Below, in pieces: positions 1 through 8,457 of a stretch of 64,000 nt of DNA. Each line of letters starts with the position of its first letter. Position 1 is the stretch's first letter. The DNA comes from Ostreococcus lucimarinus (Eukaryota): the NCBI GenBank assembly GCA_000092065.1, contig CP000587.1; one strand, 5' to 3'. Both the position numbers and the translations under genes were made by a program. The notes beneath the pieces are model-generated. The model saw only the letters and a list, made by a program, of their open reading frames with translations, had not been told where the DNA came from and searched no databases.

Positions 1-196
1 CCCTAAACCCTAAACCCTAAACCCTAAACCCTAAACCCTAAACCCTAAACCCTAAACCCTAAACCCTAAACCCTAAACCCTAAACCCTAAACCCTAAACC
101 CTAAACCCTAAACCCTAAACCCTAAACCCTAAACCCTAAACCCTAAACCCTAAACCCTAAACCCTAAACCCTAAACCCTAAACCCTAAACCCTAAG
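1..196. repeat. Telomere repeat array, (CCCTAAA)x28; complement TTTAGGG (plant/algal type). A degenerate unit CCCTAAG follows at 197-203.
   Basis: Direct reading: 28 perfect heptamers from base 1. The C-rich strand reading 5'->3' is what a left chromosome end should look like. Confidence 0.95.
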
Positions 197-427
197 CATG
201 AGGGAGGGAGGCGCTTCGGGAGAAGTGCCGTAACCGACCGACTAGCTAATACTTATTACACCTCACCCTAGGTTCTCTGCGTCGTACTGAGGCATGAAAA
301 GTCACGATCATTCGCATCCTTCCTGTGCACCTGCACGACACCCGACGGCCAGCACTCGTCGACCAGCACGGCACCGCAGACTTCCCCCTCGACGCTCCGG
401 ACGTCTCCGGACTAAAACCTAAAAATA

Positions 428-595
428 GCGATATGGTGACGTGAGCGGTTTCCGCGAGCGTTTTCGTCAAAAACGCATCAAAACGTTCAATGGCTTGCAA
501 GAGGCGCTAGTCTACAAGCTATCGTGTCACACACCGCGCCTTTTTCGTTCAGACCGCCGTGGAGAAGCAAAAACACACGCTTCGACGATGGCGAC
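428..595. repeat. Left copy of a 168-bp inverted duplication. It covers the 3' end (last ~36 codons plus 3' flank) of the kelch gene.
   Basis: Reverse complement of 428-595 matches 8184-8351 essentially base for base. ORF-track pairs 524..757(+)/7908..8255(-) and 441..746(+)/7634..8623(-) share identical peptides (MSHTAPFSFRPPWRSKNTRFDDGD; SGFRERFRQKRIKTFNGLQEALVYKLSCHTPRLFRSDRRGEAKTHASTMAT). Confidence 0.9.
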
Positions 596-1986
596 ACCAC
601 GGCGCTCGCCGACATACCTTCCTTGCCAATTAGAGCGCACGACTCCGCGAAGAGCGTCCACCGACACTTTCGCTCGTCCACGCACGCTCGTAAATCGAAC
701 GTGTACGCATCCTGGGTTGCGTTTTCGTTATCGCCACCACCAATGACGAACCACTGATTTCCAATCGCTACGGACGCGTGCGCCGCGCGAGGCGATGGGC
801 GATCACCGTCTTCGTTGTCGCCATCGACAGTTCCCCACTCGCCCTTGACGACGTCGTACACGTCGACTGCGCCGCAATCGCATAACTCATTGCCAGTCGA
901 ACCGCCGCAAACGAGCAAATATCGTTCGTCGACACTCGTCGCTGCGTGCGAACTTCGTGGACGCGTCCCATTCGCTAATTTCTTCCACACCGTCGTCGTC
1001 GGTGTGAACTCCCAAAGTTCATCTAAGTCGTCTCCCGTCTTCGCGTCGACGCCGCCGAAGATGAAAATTCGATCGCCGATCGCAGTCGAAGTGTGACCGG
1101 ATCGCGCACGCGGAGGCGTTGAAACCTCATCGCTTGTTTCACAACGCACGTGCGTCCACTTGAAATCTTTCGACGCGTAATCGGCGGTCAAATCAATGGC
1201 GCTCACCGTGAGACTGTACACACCGTCGACGTCGCAGTCATCCGCTGATTTCCCTCTAAAGGCGTACAGTTTCGATCCTATCGTCGCGCTCGCCGCGCCC
1301 GCGCACGTCGACCCAGGCCACTGCAATTTGCGTTCGGCCCACGCACCCGTGGCCAGGTCGAACGCCCACAAATCACCGAGTAATCGCGAGCGTGAGCCTC
1401 GACCGTGCGAGAAGAAGATGGTGTCGCCGTCCACCACAGCGGACATATGTCCAGACCGCGCGCGTGGTGAGACCTTGCTCAGGATTGGAAGTCTCACAAA
1501 CTCATCGTCCGCCGCGCTGGCGAACATTTCATCTAAAAACGCCGTCGGTCCCGTGGAGGAATTGAACGCGAGCGCGCGGCGAGCGTCCTTCGTCTGCGCC
1601 AGTCGCGCCGATTCCCCTAGTGCCCCGCTCGCTAACGCGCGATAATACTCCAGCGCGCACTCTTTCGCCGTCGCAATCATCGCTCGTTTCTGTTTTTCGC
1701 TCATACCTCGCACGAGCATGTCAAACCAATCGGCGTATCTCGAACTTATCACTTCGCAATACAGCTCCATCGCGCGCTCTGGGCTAATATTCCCCAGCAT
1801 GCTCCACGCGTCGTACGCCAGCGCGCCCGCGGGATCCCACAAATCCCACGGTCGCGTTCCTTGACACGGTCCACGCGACGCTTGTCGCTCCAGCGCGTCC
1901 AGGAGCAAGGTTTTGTCCTCGTCAAACAGCACCGCGTCCTCAACGCCATCGGCATCGTGCGCGCGCGACATCGCCTGTCGACCCAT
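487..1986 (-). CDS. Kelch-repeat (galactose-oxidase/beta-propeller) protein. The N-terminal ~200 aa domain is unassigned.
   Basis: ORF 487..2250(-). Repeated kelch signatures are present (GDTIFFSHGRG...LWAFDLATGAW; GDRIFIFGGVD...LWEF; YLLVCGG; WFVIGGGDN). The first 88 ORF residues are Arg-rich read-through, so the likely start is MGRQAMSRAHD at ~1986. Confidence 0.7.
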   Translation of the reverse strand: MGRQAMSRAHDADGVEDAVLFDEDKTLLLDALERQASRGPCQGTRPWDLWDPAGALAYDAWSMLGNISPERAMELYCEVISSRYADWFDMLVRGMSEKQKRAMIATAKECALEYYRALASGALGESARLAQTKDARRALAFNSSTGPTAFLDEMFASAADDEFVRLPILSKVSPRARSGHMSAVVDGDTIFFSHGRGSRSRLLGDLWAFDLATGAWAERKLQWPGSTCAGAASATIGSKLYAFRGKSADDCDVDGVYSLTVSAIDLTADYASKDFKWTHVRCETSDEVSTPPRARSGHTSTAIGDRIFIFGGVDAKTGDDLDELWEFTPTTTVWKKLANGTRPRSSHAATSVDERYLLVCGGSTGNELCDCGAVDVYDVVKGEWGTVDGDNEDGDRPSPRAAHASVAIGNQWFVIGGGDNENATQDAYTFDLRACVDERKCRWTLFAESCALIGKEGMSASAVVSPSSKRVFLLLHGGLNEKGAVCDTIACRLAPLASH

Positions 1987-2024
1987 GGTGACTATGGCGT
2001 CGAGCTTGGCGGCGGCATTGTTGG

Positions 2025-3278
2025 ATGTCGAAGCGCTCGCGCGCGCGCGGAACGCGCACGCGAGATAAAACCGTTCAGGACCGCGCATGGGAGGCGCGAG
2101 ATGACGCGATGCGGTTGGTCCGCGAACGGTCGTTCGGGACGACCGTGCCTCTCGCGCGGTTCGCCGCACACGATGGCGCCGCGAACGTCGATATCGACGA
2201 GATGAACGACGACGAACCGCGAAACGCCTTCGAGCGCGCAGCGCGCTCACTCGAGTGTCCTTGGTACGTGGCGATGATGCGCGACGCAGAAACTACGCTC
2301 GACGACCTCGCGAAAAGTGTCGAGAACGACGAGAACGAGGACGACGCTTTCAGAACGAAAGCAATTTCTGCGCTCTCCGACATCGGCGTGGAGACGAAAG
2401 ACACGATGGCAATCGTGGATCACGTGCTTTCATCGCGCGCGCGCGCGCGTGCGCCCGCGATGGCGGTGACGCACGGCGACGCTCGAGACGTCATAAAGCG
2501 CACGCGCGGAGGCATTTATGACGAATCTTTTCTCAGCGCGATCGAGCCGCTGTATGATTTACACATGGGCGCGGAAAATATGGGACCTTTGTTGTACGCA
2601 ATCGCTCGGTTTTGTAAGCCCGCGCACGTGTTGGAAGTTGGCGCAGGGTACACGAGCATCTTTTTGCTCCAAGCGATGCGAGACAACGCCGATGAAATTG
2701 CGACGTATCGAGCGATGATTCAGCGTCAGGAGGCGCGCATCGGCGACGTTCCTTGGACAGCACCTGATTATGACTATGAAAAGCTCGACGCGTCAACTCT
2801 TCACATCGTCGACAACTGCGCGCACGAGCATACTACGGCGCATCGAGTGAAAGAGGTTGCTCAGGCGCTGGGGTGCGAATCGTTTTTGCGCGTCCACGTC
2901 TGCGATGCGTTCGACAGCGAGCTACCAAGCACGTTGGCCGTTCCAGATGTCAAGTACTTCGACCTGTTGTGGATCGACTTAGGCGCCGCAAACCGCATCG
3001 AAGGCTTCTTCGACGCCTGGTGGAGTCGAGTGAATCCATGCGGTGGTTTCGTCGTCGTGCACTCGACGCTGACAAATACGCTGTCGCGTAAATGGCTGGA
3101 AAAGATGCGAAAGCTCGCCCGAGACGGGGGTCGCGACGCCGAGACTGGAGCATCGCCTTACGGGGAGTTCGTCACTGTGAGTTTCCTGGAACCGCATAAG
3201 ATGTTCCAAAACTCGTGCTCGTTTTTCCAACGACGCCAAAGCTCGTGGACCGAACGCACCTTGACGAAGTATCCATAG
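2025..3278 (+). CDS. Class I SAM-dependent methyltransferase (O-methyltransferase-like Rossmann fold)
   Basis: Motif I VLEVGAGYTS; acidic post-I residue; LLWIDLG; VVVHSTL. The 5' end is uncertain because the ORF start overlaps the divergent kelch ORF extension. Confidence 0.55.
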   Translation: MSKRSRARGTRTRDKTVQDRAWEARDDAMRLVRERSFGTTVPLARFAAHDGAANVDIDEMNDDEPRNAFERAARSLECPWYVAMMRDAETTLDDLAKSVENDENEDDAFRTKAISALSDIGVETKDTMAIVDHVLSSRARARAPAMAVTHGDARDVIKRTRGGIYDESFLSAIEPLYDLHMGAENMGPLLYAIARFCKPAHVLEVGAGYTSIFLLQAMRDNADEIATYRAMIQRQEARIGDVPWTAPDYDYEKLDASTLHIVDNCAHEHTTAHRVKEVAQALGCESFLRVHVCDAFDSELPSTLAVPDVKYFDLLWIDLGAANRIEGFFDAWWSRVNPCGGFVVVHSTLTNTLSRKWLEKMRKLARDGGRDAETGASPYGEFVTVSFLEPHKMFQNSCSFFQRRQSSWTERTLTKYP

Positions 3279-3351
3279 CGTAGCTTAGCGTAGGCATAGT
3301 TCGAATAACGGTACATTTTGTTTTCCTATATTTTCCATTCTAGAACATGAT

Positions 3352-6300
3352 CTACATTTTGCTCTCGTCGCTATATTTGCACCCTTCTTTCGCGAGGTAA
3401 GTGTTCCAAACGCCGCCGTCCGCGCATTCCCACAGGCTATTGTCCTCCACAATCGGCATGCTCACCGAAGGAACTTTACGCCAGACGCTACACTTGTGGC
3501 ACTGTTTCCAGTTCACCTCTTCGTCCTCTTGCATGCCCGCGTCGCCGCCGACGATTTTGCTTACGTCAATGTCAACGTTGCCGAGGCTGAGAATGTTCAC
3601 CGCGGCGGCGTTGCCAGTGACGACTGCACCGTGCACACATTGCGGTCCAGTAATTGAACACGCCTCTCCGGCGAAGTAAAGCCGTCCATCGTGCTCTGGA
3701 GCGGCCAAAGCCTCGACGTCGAGAACAGTCGTGCCGGTGCGCGCATACGAATACGCGCCAAAAGAGTGCTCGTCGTTTCCCCAGTTCGTGACGATGTAGT
3801 CATCTGGCACAGGAAGTGACTTCAACCGAAACATCTTCTGCAACACTCGACAAACGCCGCGAACAATTTCAAGTTCATCTTTACCGTCGAAGTCGTGCGC
3901 GTACGGCGGGGCGACATGCGCTAACAGGGTGTGTTTTTTGCCGTACGCGTCTAAATTCAGAAAGCGATAACGTGGATCGGTGACTTGGAAGAATTTCGAC
4001 TTCGGCCAAAACATTTCTTTGAAGCGCATGTAAACCTTATTTTCGGTACCCATTCCTATGCGTTGAATCGCGCGCAACTTTTGATCGCTCAACGGCGGCG
4101 TGAACTCGATGCGATTCTTTTTTAGGACACCCAGTGGCACGGTGACAACGACGTAATCGCACGGATGCTGCGTCCCGTTTGTGCACGTAACACAGTATGA
4201 CTTCTGCTTTGCCTTGATCTGTTGTCCAAACTCGTTCATGAAAGATGTCTCGTCGACTTTCACACGATTGACGACGTGCTCATACTTGATATCGAGCGCG
4301 CCATCTTTCTCCCCAATTAATCGATCTATGAGCAGGTCTTTGTATCCATTCACGACCATGCCGTCAGAAAAATCTAACTGTTTGTTTTCCACCTTGCCCG
4401 GCGGCCGTTTTACGGCGGAGTCCACTGTGGACGCGTCACTTTCGCTTTCGACATATGATGTTTCATTTGCGTTGACTGGCCCATCAGGGGCGAGAATGTC
4501 TCTGATTTCGTCTTGCACATTTCGCTCGAAGACGAAGGACAACTCTCGCATAGGCGCAACGAACGCCCAAGTGATTACTGGTATCGAATCATACACTGGT
4601 TTCACCTTTTCAAAACGTTTCTTCCCGTTAAGTAAAGAGTTCACGATTTGGTTCGTCGCGTAGTTGAAGGCGTCTTCCAAGGAGCAATCAGAATTTTCCT
4701 CGATTTCATCGTAACCTCTCGCCGACGGCGACGCGATAAAATGCTGCGCCTGTAACTGTTCGTTTTGTGTGCTTTTTATCGGCACGCACAGCGACCGCTC
4801 AATGTCCTCGGCATTTTTAATAAACATTATTTCAGTCGCCTTGCGCGAGATTTGAAACGCCTGCGCAACGTCTTGTTCTTTCACGCGTCCGCCCTCGGCG
4901 TTATACCACGACGACTTTTCTCCCCATCCAGCGCTGTAACCGCCACCTGCCGTGTTGAGCGCGACTTTATGCTTCTTGGCAATCGCATACACAGGATTGT
5001 AATCGTGGCAACCATGAATGAACGATGCACCGAGATCAACCTGCACGCTCGGTAAGCCCGCGCTCGCCATCTCCCGCATTTCAACGGTGTTGCAGCGCCC
5101 ACCTGGTCGGCTGCGCGACTCTAAAACAACTACGGATGCACCATGATTTTTCAAACTTCTCGCCGCAGCCAGTCCAGCCGGACCGGCACCGACGACGACG
5201 ATAACTGGTGACGGGTTTCCGCCCCACGGCACGTTGACCGGTTTCGCTGGCTTTTCCTCGATTCGTTTCTTCGGTACAGGCTTTTTGACCGCGTCGTTGA
5301 CGTCGCACTTCTTCTTGGTTGCCTTTGTTTCCAAGTCATCAGCAGAAAGCTTACGTTTGGGTGTCACCGGTTTCGATTTGATGACCTTCATCGTCGTCGA
5401 CGCCAACGCATCTTTCGGAACACCATTTTCGACCACCACCGCTGACACCGTCGTCGTCAACTCCGGAAGAGTTGAAGGGACATCCAGCCGCTGACCTCCC
5501 TCGTCATATACTCGCTTCCACCTTTTTCGCAAATCTTTTGCGTAGACGCGAGCTCGGTCGAGGTATCTTCTTATGGATTCGTTAGAGCGTAAACGATTCA
5601 TGTGTGTGCCTATCTCGACTTCACCAGTCGCCGAGCAGTTCGTAAACTTGAGTTTCTCTCCGGTGGTGCGATCGATTCTGATGAACGCTTTATCAATGTT
5701 CTGTGGATTATCCTTGCGCGCTTGCGCGAAAACGTACACGTCGCCATCCCACCACGTAATTCTATTGAGCGGTGCGTCAAATTCCTCGTTCGTCTCGAGC
5801 ACGTCGTGCAGCGGTTTCGGCGGTAGCGCTGGCGCCAAGACTCTGAAGTACTGCCTCTTCTTCATCAACTCGGTCGATGTCTTACCGGCGTTCTTCACCA
5901 ACACCATGCGATCGCACGTCTCTCGTAAGGTCTTCGCGTCAGTGTGAATCGCGTAGCGCGCGCAGTTCGAGGGTGGAAGCAACAAAACTCGATTGGAATT
6001 GAGCAATCGAACGGCGCGTAGTTTCGCGTCTGACACCTTCTTGACGTACTCCTTCGCATCCAAAAGCACTCCCGGTATCAACTCGCCGTCAAATTCGTCT
6101 GCTATACTCACCGCGCACCACTTGGCGCTCGCTACTTTCGCTGTCTTCGTCTTCGCTACTTTCGCTGTCTTCGTCTTCGCCGCGTTCGCTGTCTTCGTCT
6201 TCGCCGCGTTCGCTGTCTTCGTCTTCGCCGCGTTCGCTTGGCTCGGGCGCATCTCGCAATCACTGAATTTCACGTCATGTCGCTTCCTCGCGGGCGGTAA

Positions 6301-6399
6301 AGGCGCGATGACGTCTTCTTCGTTGTCGTCGTCGTCGTCAACCGCCGGCATGTGAGACTCCCGTGAGATTCCTCGAGCGCTTGCCGCGTGGTTCGACAA
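3352..6399 (-). CDS. LSD1/KDM1-like flavin amine oxidase with a C-terminal CW-type zinc finger and an N-terminal Lys/Thr-rich repeat (putative histone demethylase)
   Basis: FAD-binding fingerprint VVVGAGPAGLAAARSLKNHGASVVVLESRSRPGGR. C-terminal amine-oxidase block (YSYARTG...RLYFAGEA). Terminal W-x-QC-x2-C-x-W...WEC CW finger (NWKQCHKCSVWRKVP...WECADGGVWNTY). N-terminal ANAAKTKT x5 repeat. Confidence 0.75.
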   Translation of the reverse strand: MSNHAASARGISRESHMPAVDDDDDNEEDVIAPLPPARKRHDVKFSDCEMRPSQANAAKTKTANAAKTKTANAAKTKTAKVAKTKTAKVASAKWCAVSIADEFDGELIPGVLLDAKEYVKKVSDAKLRAVRLLNSNRVLLLPPSNCARYAIHTDAKTLRETCDRMVLVKNAGKTSTELMKKRQYFRVLAPALPPKPLHDVLETNEEFDAPLNRITWWDGDVYVFAQARKDNPQNIDKAFIRIDRTTGEKLKFTNCSATGEVEIGTHMNRLRSNESIRRYLDRARVYAKDLRKRWKRVYDEGGQRLDVPSTLPELTTTVSAVVVENGVPKDALASTTMKVIKSKPVTPKRKLSADDLETKATKKKCDVNDAVKKPVPKKRIEEKPAKPVNVPWGGNPSPVIVVVGAGPAGLAAARSLKNHGASVVVLESRSRPGGRCNTVEMREMASAGLPSVQVDLGASFIHGCHDYNPVYAIAKKHKVALNTAGGGYSAGWGEKSSWYNAEGGRVKEQDVAQAFQISRKATEIMFIKNAEDIERSLCVPIKSTQNEQLQAQHFIASPSARGYDEIEENSDCSLEDAFNYATNQIVNSLLNGKKRFEKVKPVYDSIPVITWAFVAPMRELSFVFERNVQDEIRDILAPDGPVNANETSYVESESDASTVDSAVKRPPGKVENKQLDFSDGMVVNGYKDLLIDRLIGEKDGALDIKYEHVVNRVKVDETSFMNEFGQQIKAKQKSYCVTCTNGTQHPCDYVVVTVPLGVLKKNRIEFTPPLSDQKLRAIQRIGMGTENKVYMRFKEMFWPKSKFFQVTDPRYRFLNLDAYGKKHTLLAHVAPPYAHDFDGKDELEIVRGVCRVLQKMFRLKSLPVPDDYIVTNWGNDEHSFGAYSYARTGTTVLDVEALAAPEHDGRLYFAGEACSITGPQCVHGAVVTGNAAAVNILSLGNVDIDVSKIVGGDAGMQEDEEVNWKQCHKCSVWRKVPSVSMPIVEDNSLWECADGGVWNTYLAKEGCKYSDESKM
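6131..6240. repeat. 24-bp tandem repeat, ~4.5 copies (gc[tc]ac/gcgttcgctgtcttcgtcttc), inside the LSD1-like CDS. It encodes the (A)NAAKTKT repeat.
   Basis: Direct reading of 6121-6240. The peptide repeat is visible in ORF 3352..6399(-) and mirrored in ORF 5993..6355(+) (FAVFVFA x5). Confidence 0.8.
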
Positions 6400-6565
6400 C
6401 GCGACCGCGATCGCGCCGCGACTGTCAGGTGCGTTCGGTCGACTCCGTCGCAGTCCGTTCGCGCGTGCGCCCAGCGTCGACGCAGAGCGGCGCGCGCGTT
6501 GACGAACTTGGCCCGGCGCGCGAGCGCCCCGCTGTGCGGCCGTTCGCCACTCGACGTCGCTCGTC

Positions 6566-7945
6566 GTGTCGAGTCAAGGTCGTGGTGTCTCGATGCGACA
6601 TGGCGACGCCAAGGTGGCGTTCGTGAGCGACAATCCAGGGACGTCGTACGGTGAAGTCAACGCCGTGGTGTTCGTCGTCCTCGTCGCCGCGTGGGCGTGC
6701 GTCACAGTTCGCGAACGATGCAAGTCATGGGCGTCGACGTCGACGAAGACGACGCTTTTAGTGGGTACAGAGACGGCGATGCTCGCCTTGGCGACTTTGG
6801 CGAGCATGTTTGCGGTGACGAAGGCCTTGGCCGTGGCCTGCGCCGTGGCGGGAGGCTGCTTCTTGTACTGGGCTTGTAATGCGCGCCCAGCGCTGGGAAG
6901 CCGCGCCAACAGCGCCGCGTTTACTTGCGAAGATGCGCTCACGCTGTACAGGTTTACGCTCGCTATGATGACCGTCGTCGCCATCTTGGCCGTAGACTTT
7001 ACCCTCTTTCCTCGACGTTTGGGCAAGACGGAGACGTACGGTGTGTCCCTCATGGACGTCGGCGCCGGTTCGTTCGTATTTTCTTCGAGCGTCGTCTCGC
7101 GATTCGCTCGAGGCAAGGAAAAGCGAAACTTGCGCGCGAGTCGGCGTAAAGTGATGCAAGTCATGCTGTTGGGTTTAGCCAGGCTTGCGATCACGACCAT
7201 GATCGGGTATCACTCCGTCGAGACCGAGTACGGACGGCACTGGAATTTCTTCTTCACTCTCGCCGTCATTCAAGTGTGTGCGGACACGCTTCCAATCGCA
7301 GCGCACAGGGCGTTGCCCTTCGGTTTATTGATTTCGTTCGCGTATCAGTACGTGTTATCCTGTCACGGCTTGAGCGCTTGGATCCTGCAAGCCCCCGATG
7401 TGCGATCGCACGAGTCCGAGACGAATGTCCTGACAAGGTTCGTCTCGATGAACCGAGAAGGCGTCTCGAGCGCGTGCGGTGGGTACTTTGCGATCCATCT
7501 CATAGCGGCGCATCTCGGCAACGCGCTCTCGAAACCGGTGTTGAACTTTTCAAGGTGGCTACAAACGATGGCGATCGTGACCTGTGCTTTTTGGTTTGCG
7601 GCCATCGCATCTCACGCGTATGTCGAACCAACATCAAGGCGCGCTGGGAACGCAGCGTACGTGCTCTGGATCGTCGCCTTCAATCTGCAAGTCATCATTG
7701 TTTATGTTTGTATGACGTGGTTTGCGCGAAGCGCGAACGGACGGGGGAAGTGCGACATTCCGGTATTGGCGAGCGCGATCAATCGTCGACAACTTTTCGT
7801 GTTCGTCGTCGGAAACGCTCTGACTGGGCTGACGAATTTGGCAGTGGACACGATAAATGCCGACGCTAACACGGCTTGGGGAGTGATGTCGCTGTACTTG
7901 TCGGCGATTAGCATAGTTGCGCTCGCGATGGATCGTAGAAAATGA
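6566..7945 (+). CDS. GWT1: GPI-anchor inositol acyltransferase GWT1/PIG-W
   Basis: Multi-pass membrane ORF with the family motifs LMDVGAGSFVF and EYGRHWNFFFTLAV. Start is 6566 or the Met at 6593. Confidence 0.75.
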   Translation: MSSQGRGVSMRHGDAKVAFVSDNPGTSYGEVNAVVFVVLVAAWACVTVRERCKSWASTSTKTTLLVGTETAMLALATLASMFAVTKALAVACAVAGGCFLYWACNARPALGSRANSAAFTCEDALTLYRFTLAMMTVVAILAVDFTLFPRRLGKTETYGVSLMDVGAGSFVFSSSVVSRFARGKEKRNLRASRRKVMQVMLLGLARLAITTMIGYHSVETEYGRHWNFFFTLAVIQVCADTLPIAAHRALPFGLLISFAYQYVLSCHGLSAWILQAPDVRSHESETNVLTRFVSMNREGVSSACGGYFAIHLIAAHLGNALSKPVLNFSRWLQTMAIVTCAFWFAAIASHAYVEPTSRRAGNAAYVLWIVAFNLQVIIVYVCMTWFARSANGRGKCDIPVLASAINRRQLFVFVVGNALTGLTNLAVDTINADANTAWGVMSLYLSAISIVALAMDRRK

Positions 7946-8183
7946 TTTGCAGATTCGCGAAGCAGTACAGCGTTCCGCGCGATGAGCACGTCGCCGTCGA
8001 CGTGCGTCGTTCGTGCGTCGACGGAGGGCGCACGATCGAGTATGACGTCGCGTATCTCCCGTGCGACGTCGCCGTCGACGCCGCGCGAGCGAGGCTCGCG
8101 AAACCAACGAATTGACGTAGCGGATAGAACGTAGCGGTGAAACTGAATTTGGAAGATGTTGGAATGCAAAACGATTCACCCAC

Positions 8184-8351
8184 GTCGCCATCGTCGAAGC
8201 GTGTGTTTTTGCTTCTCCACGGCGGTCTGAACGAAAAAGGCGCGGTGTGTGACACGATAGCTTGTAGACTAGCGCCTCTTGCAAGCCATTGAACGTTTTG
8301 ATGCGTTTTTGACGAAAACGCTCGCGGAAACCGCTCACGTCACCATATCGC
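8184..8351. repeat. Right copy (inverted) of the 168-bp duplication. On the + strand it carries a kelch 3' pseudo-exon (...SPSSKRVFLLLHGGLNEKGAVCDTIACRLAPLASH*).
   Basis: Same evidence as the left copy. Upstream of 8184 the frame diverges from the kelch protein and stops within 60 codons, so this is a gene fragment and not a second kelch gene. Confidence 0.85.
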
Positions 8352-8457
8352 GACGCGCTACTGGGGAGCGCGTGCGGTGGCGCCGCGATAAAGCGCACGA
8401 ATCGTAGGCCGTAACTCGCGTTCGATCGCACGCCGAAGCACGACGCGACGCGTCGAC

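Noticed and set aside
1987-2250. N-terminal ~88 aa of ORF 487..2250(-) (MSALRARRRFAVRRRSSRRYRR...)
   Set aside because: This is Arg-rich read-through upstream of the probable kelch start (MGRQAMSRAHD). It overlaps the start of the divergent methyltransferase ORF and is not counted as coding.
8116-8294. 60-codon + strand ORF ending ...SPSSKRVFLLLHGGLNEKGAVCDTIACRLAPLASH*
   Set aside because: Only the last 36 codons match the kelch gene (they are part of the 168-bp inverted duplication). The frame is closed by a stop 60 codons upstream and shows no kelch repeats, so it is a duplicated gene fragment and not a second gene.
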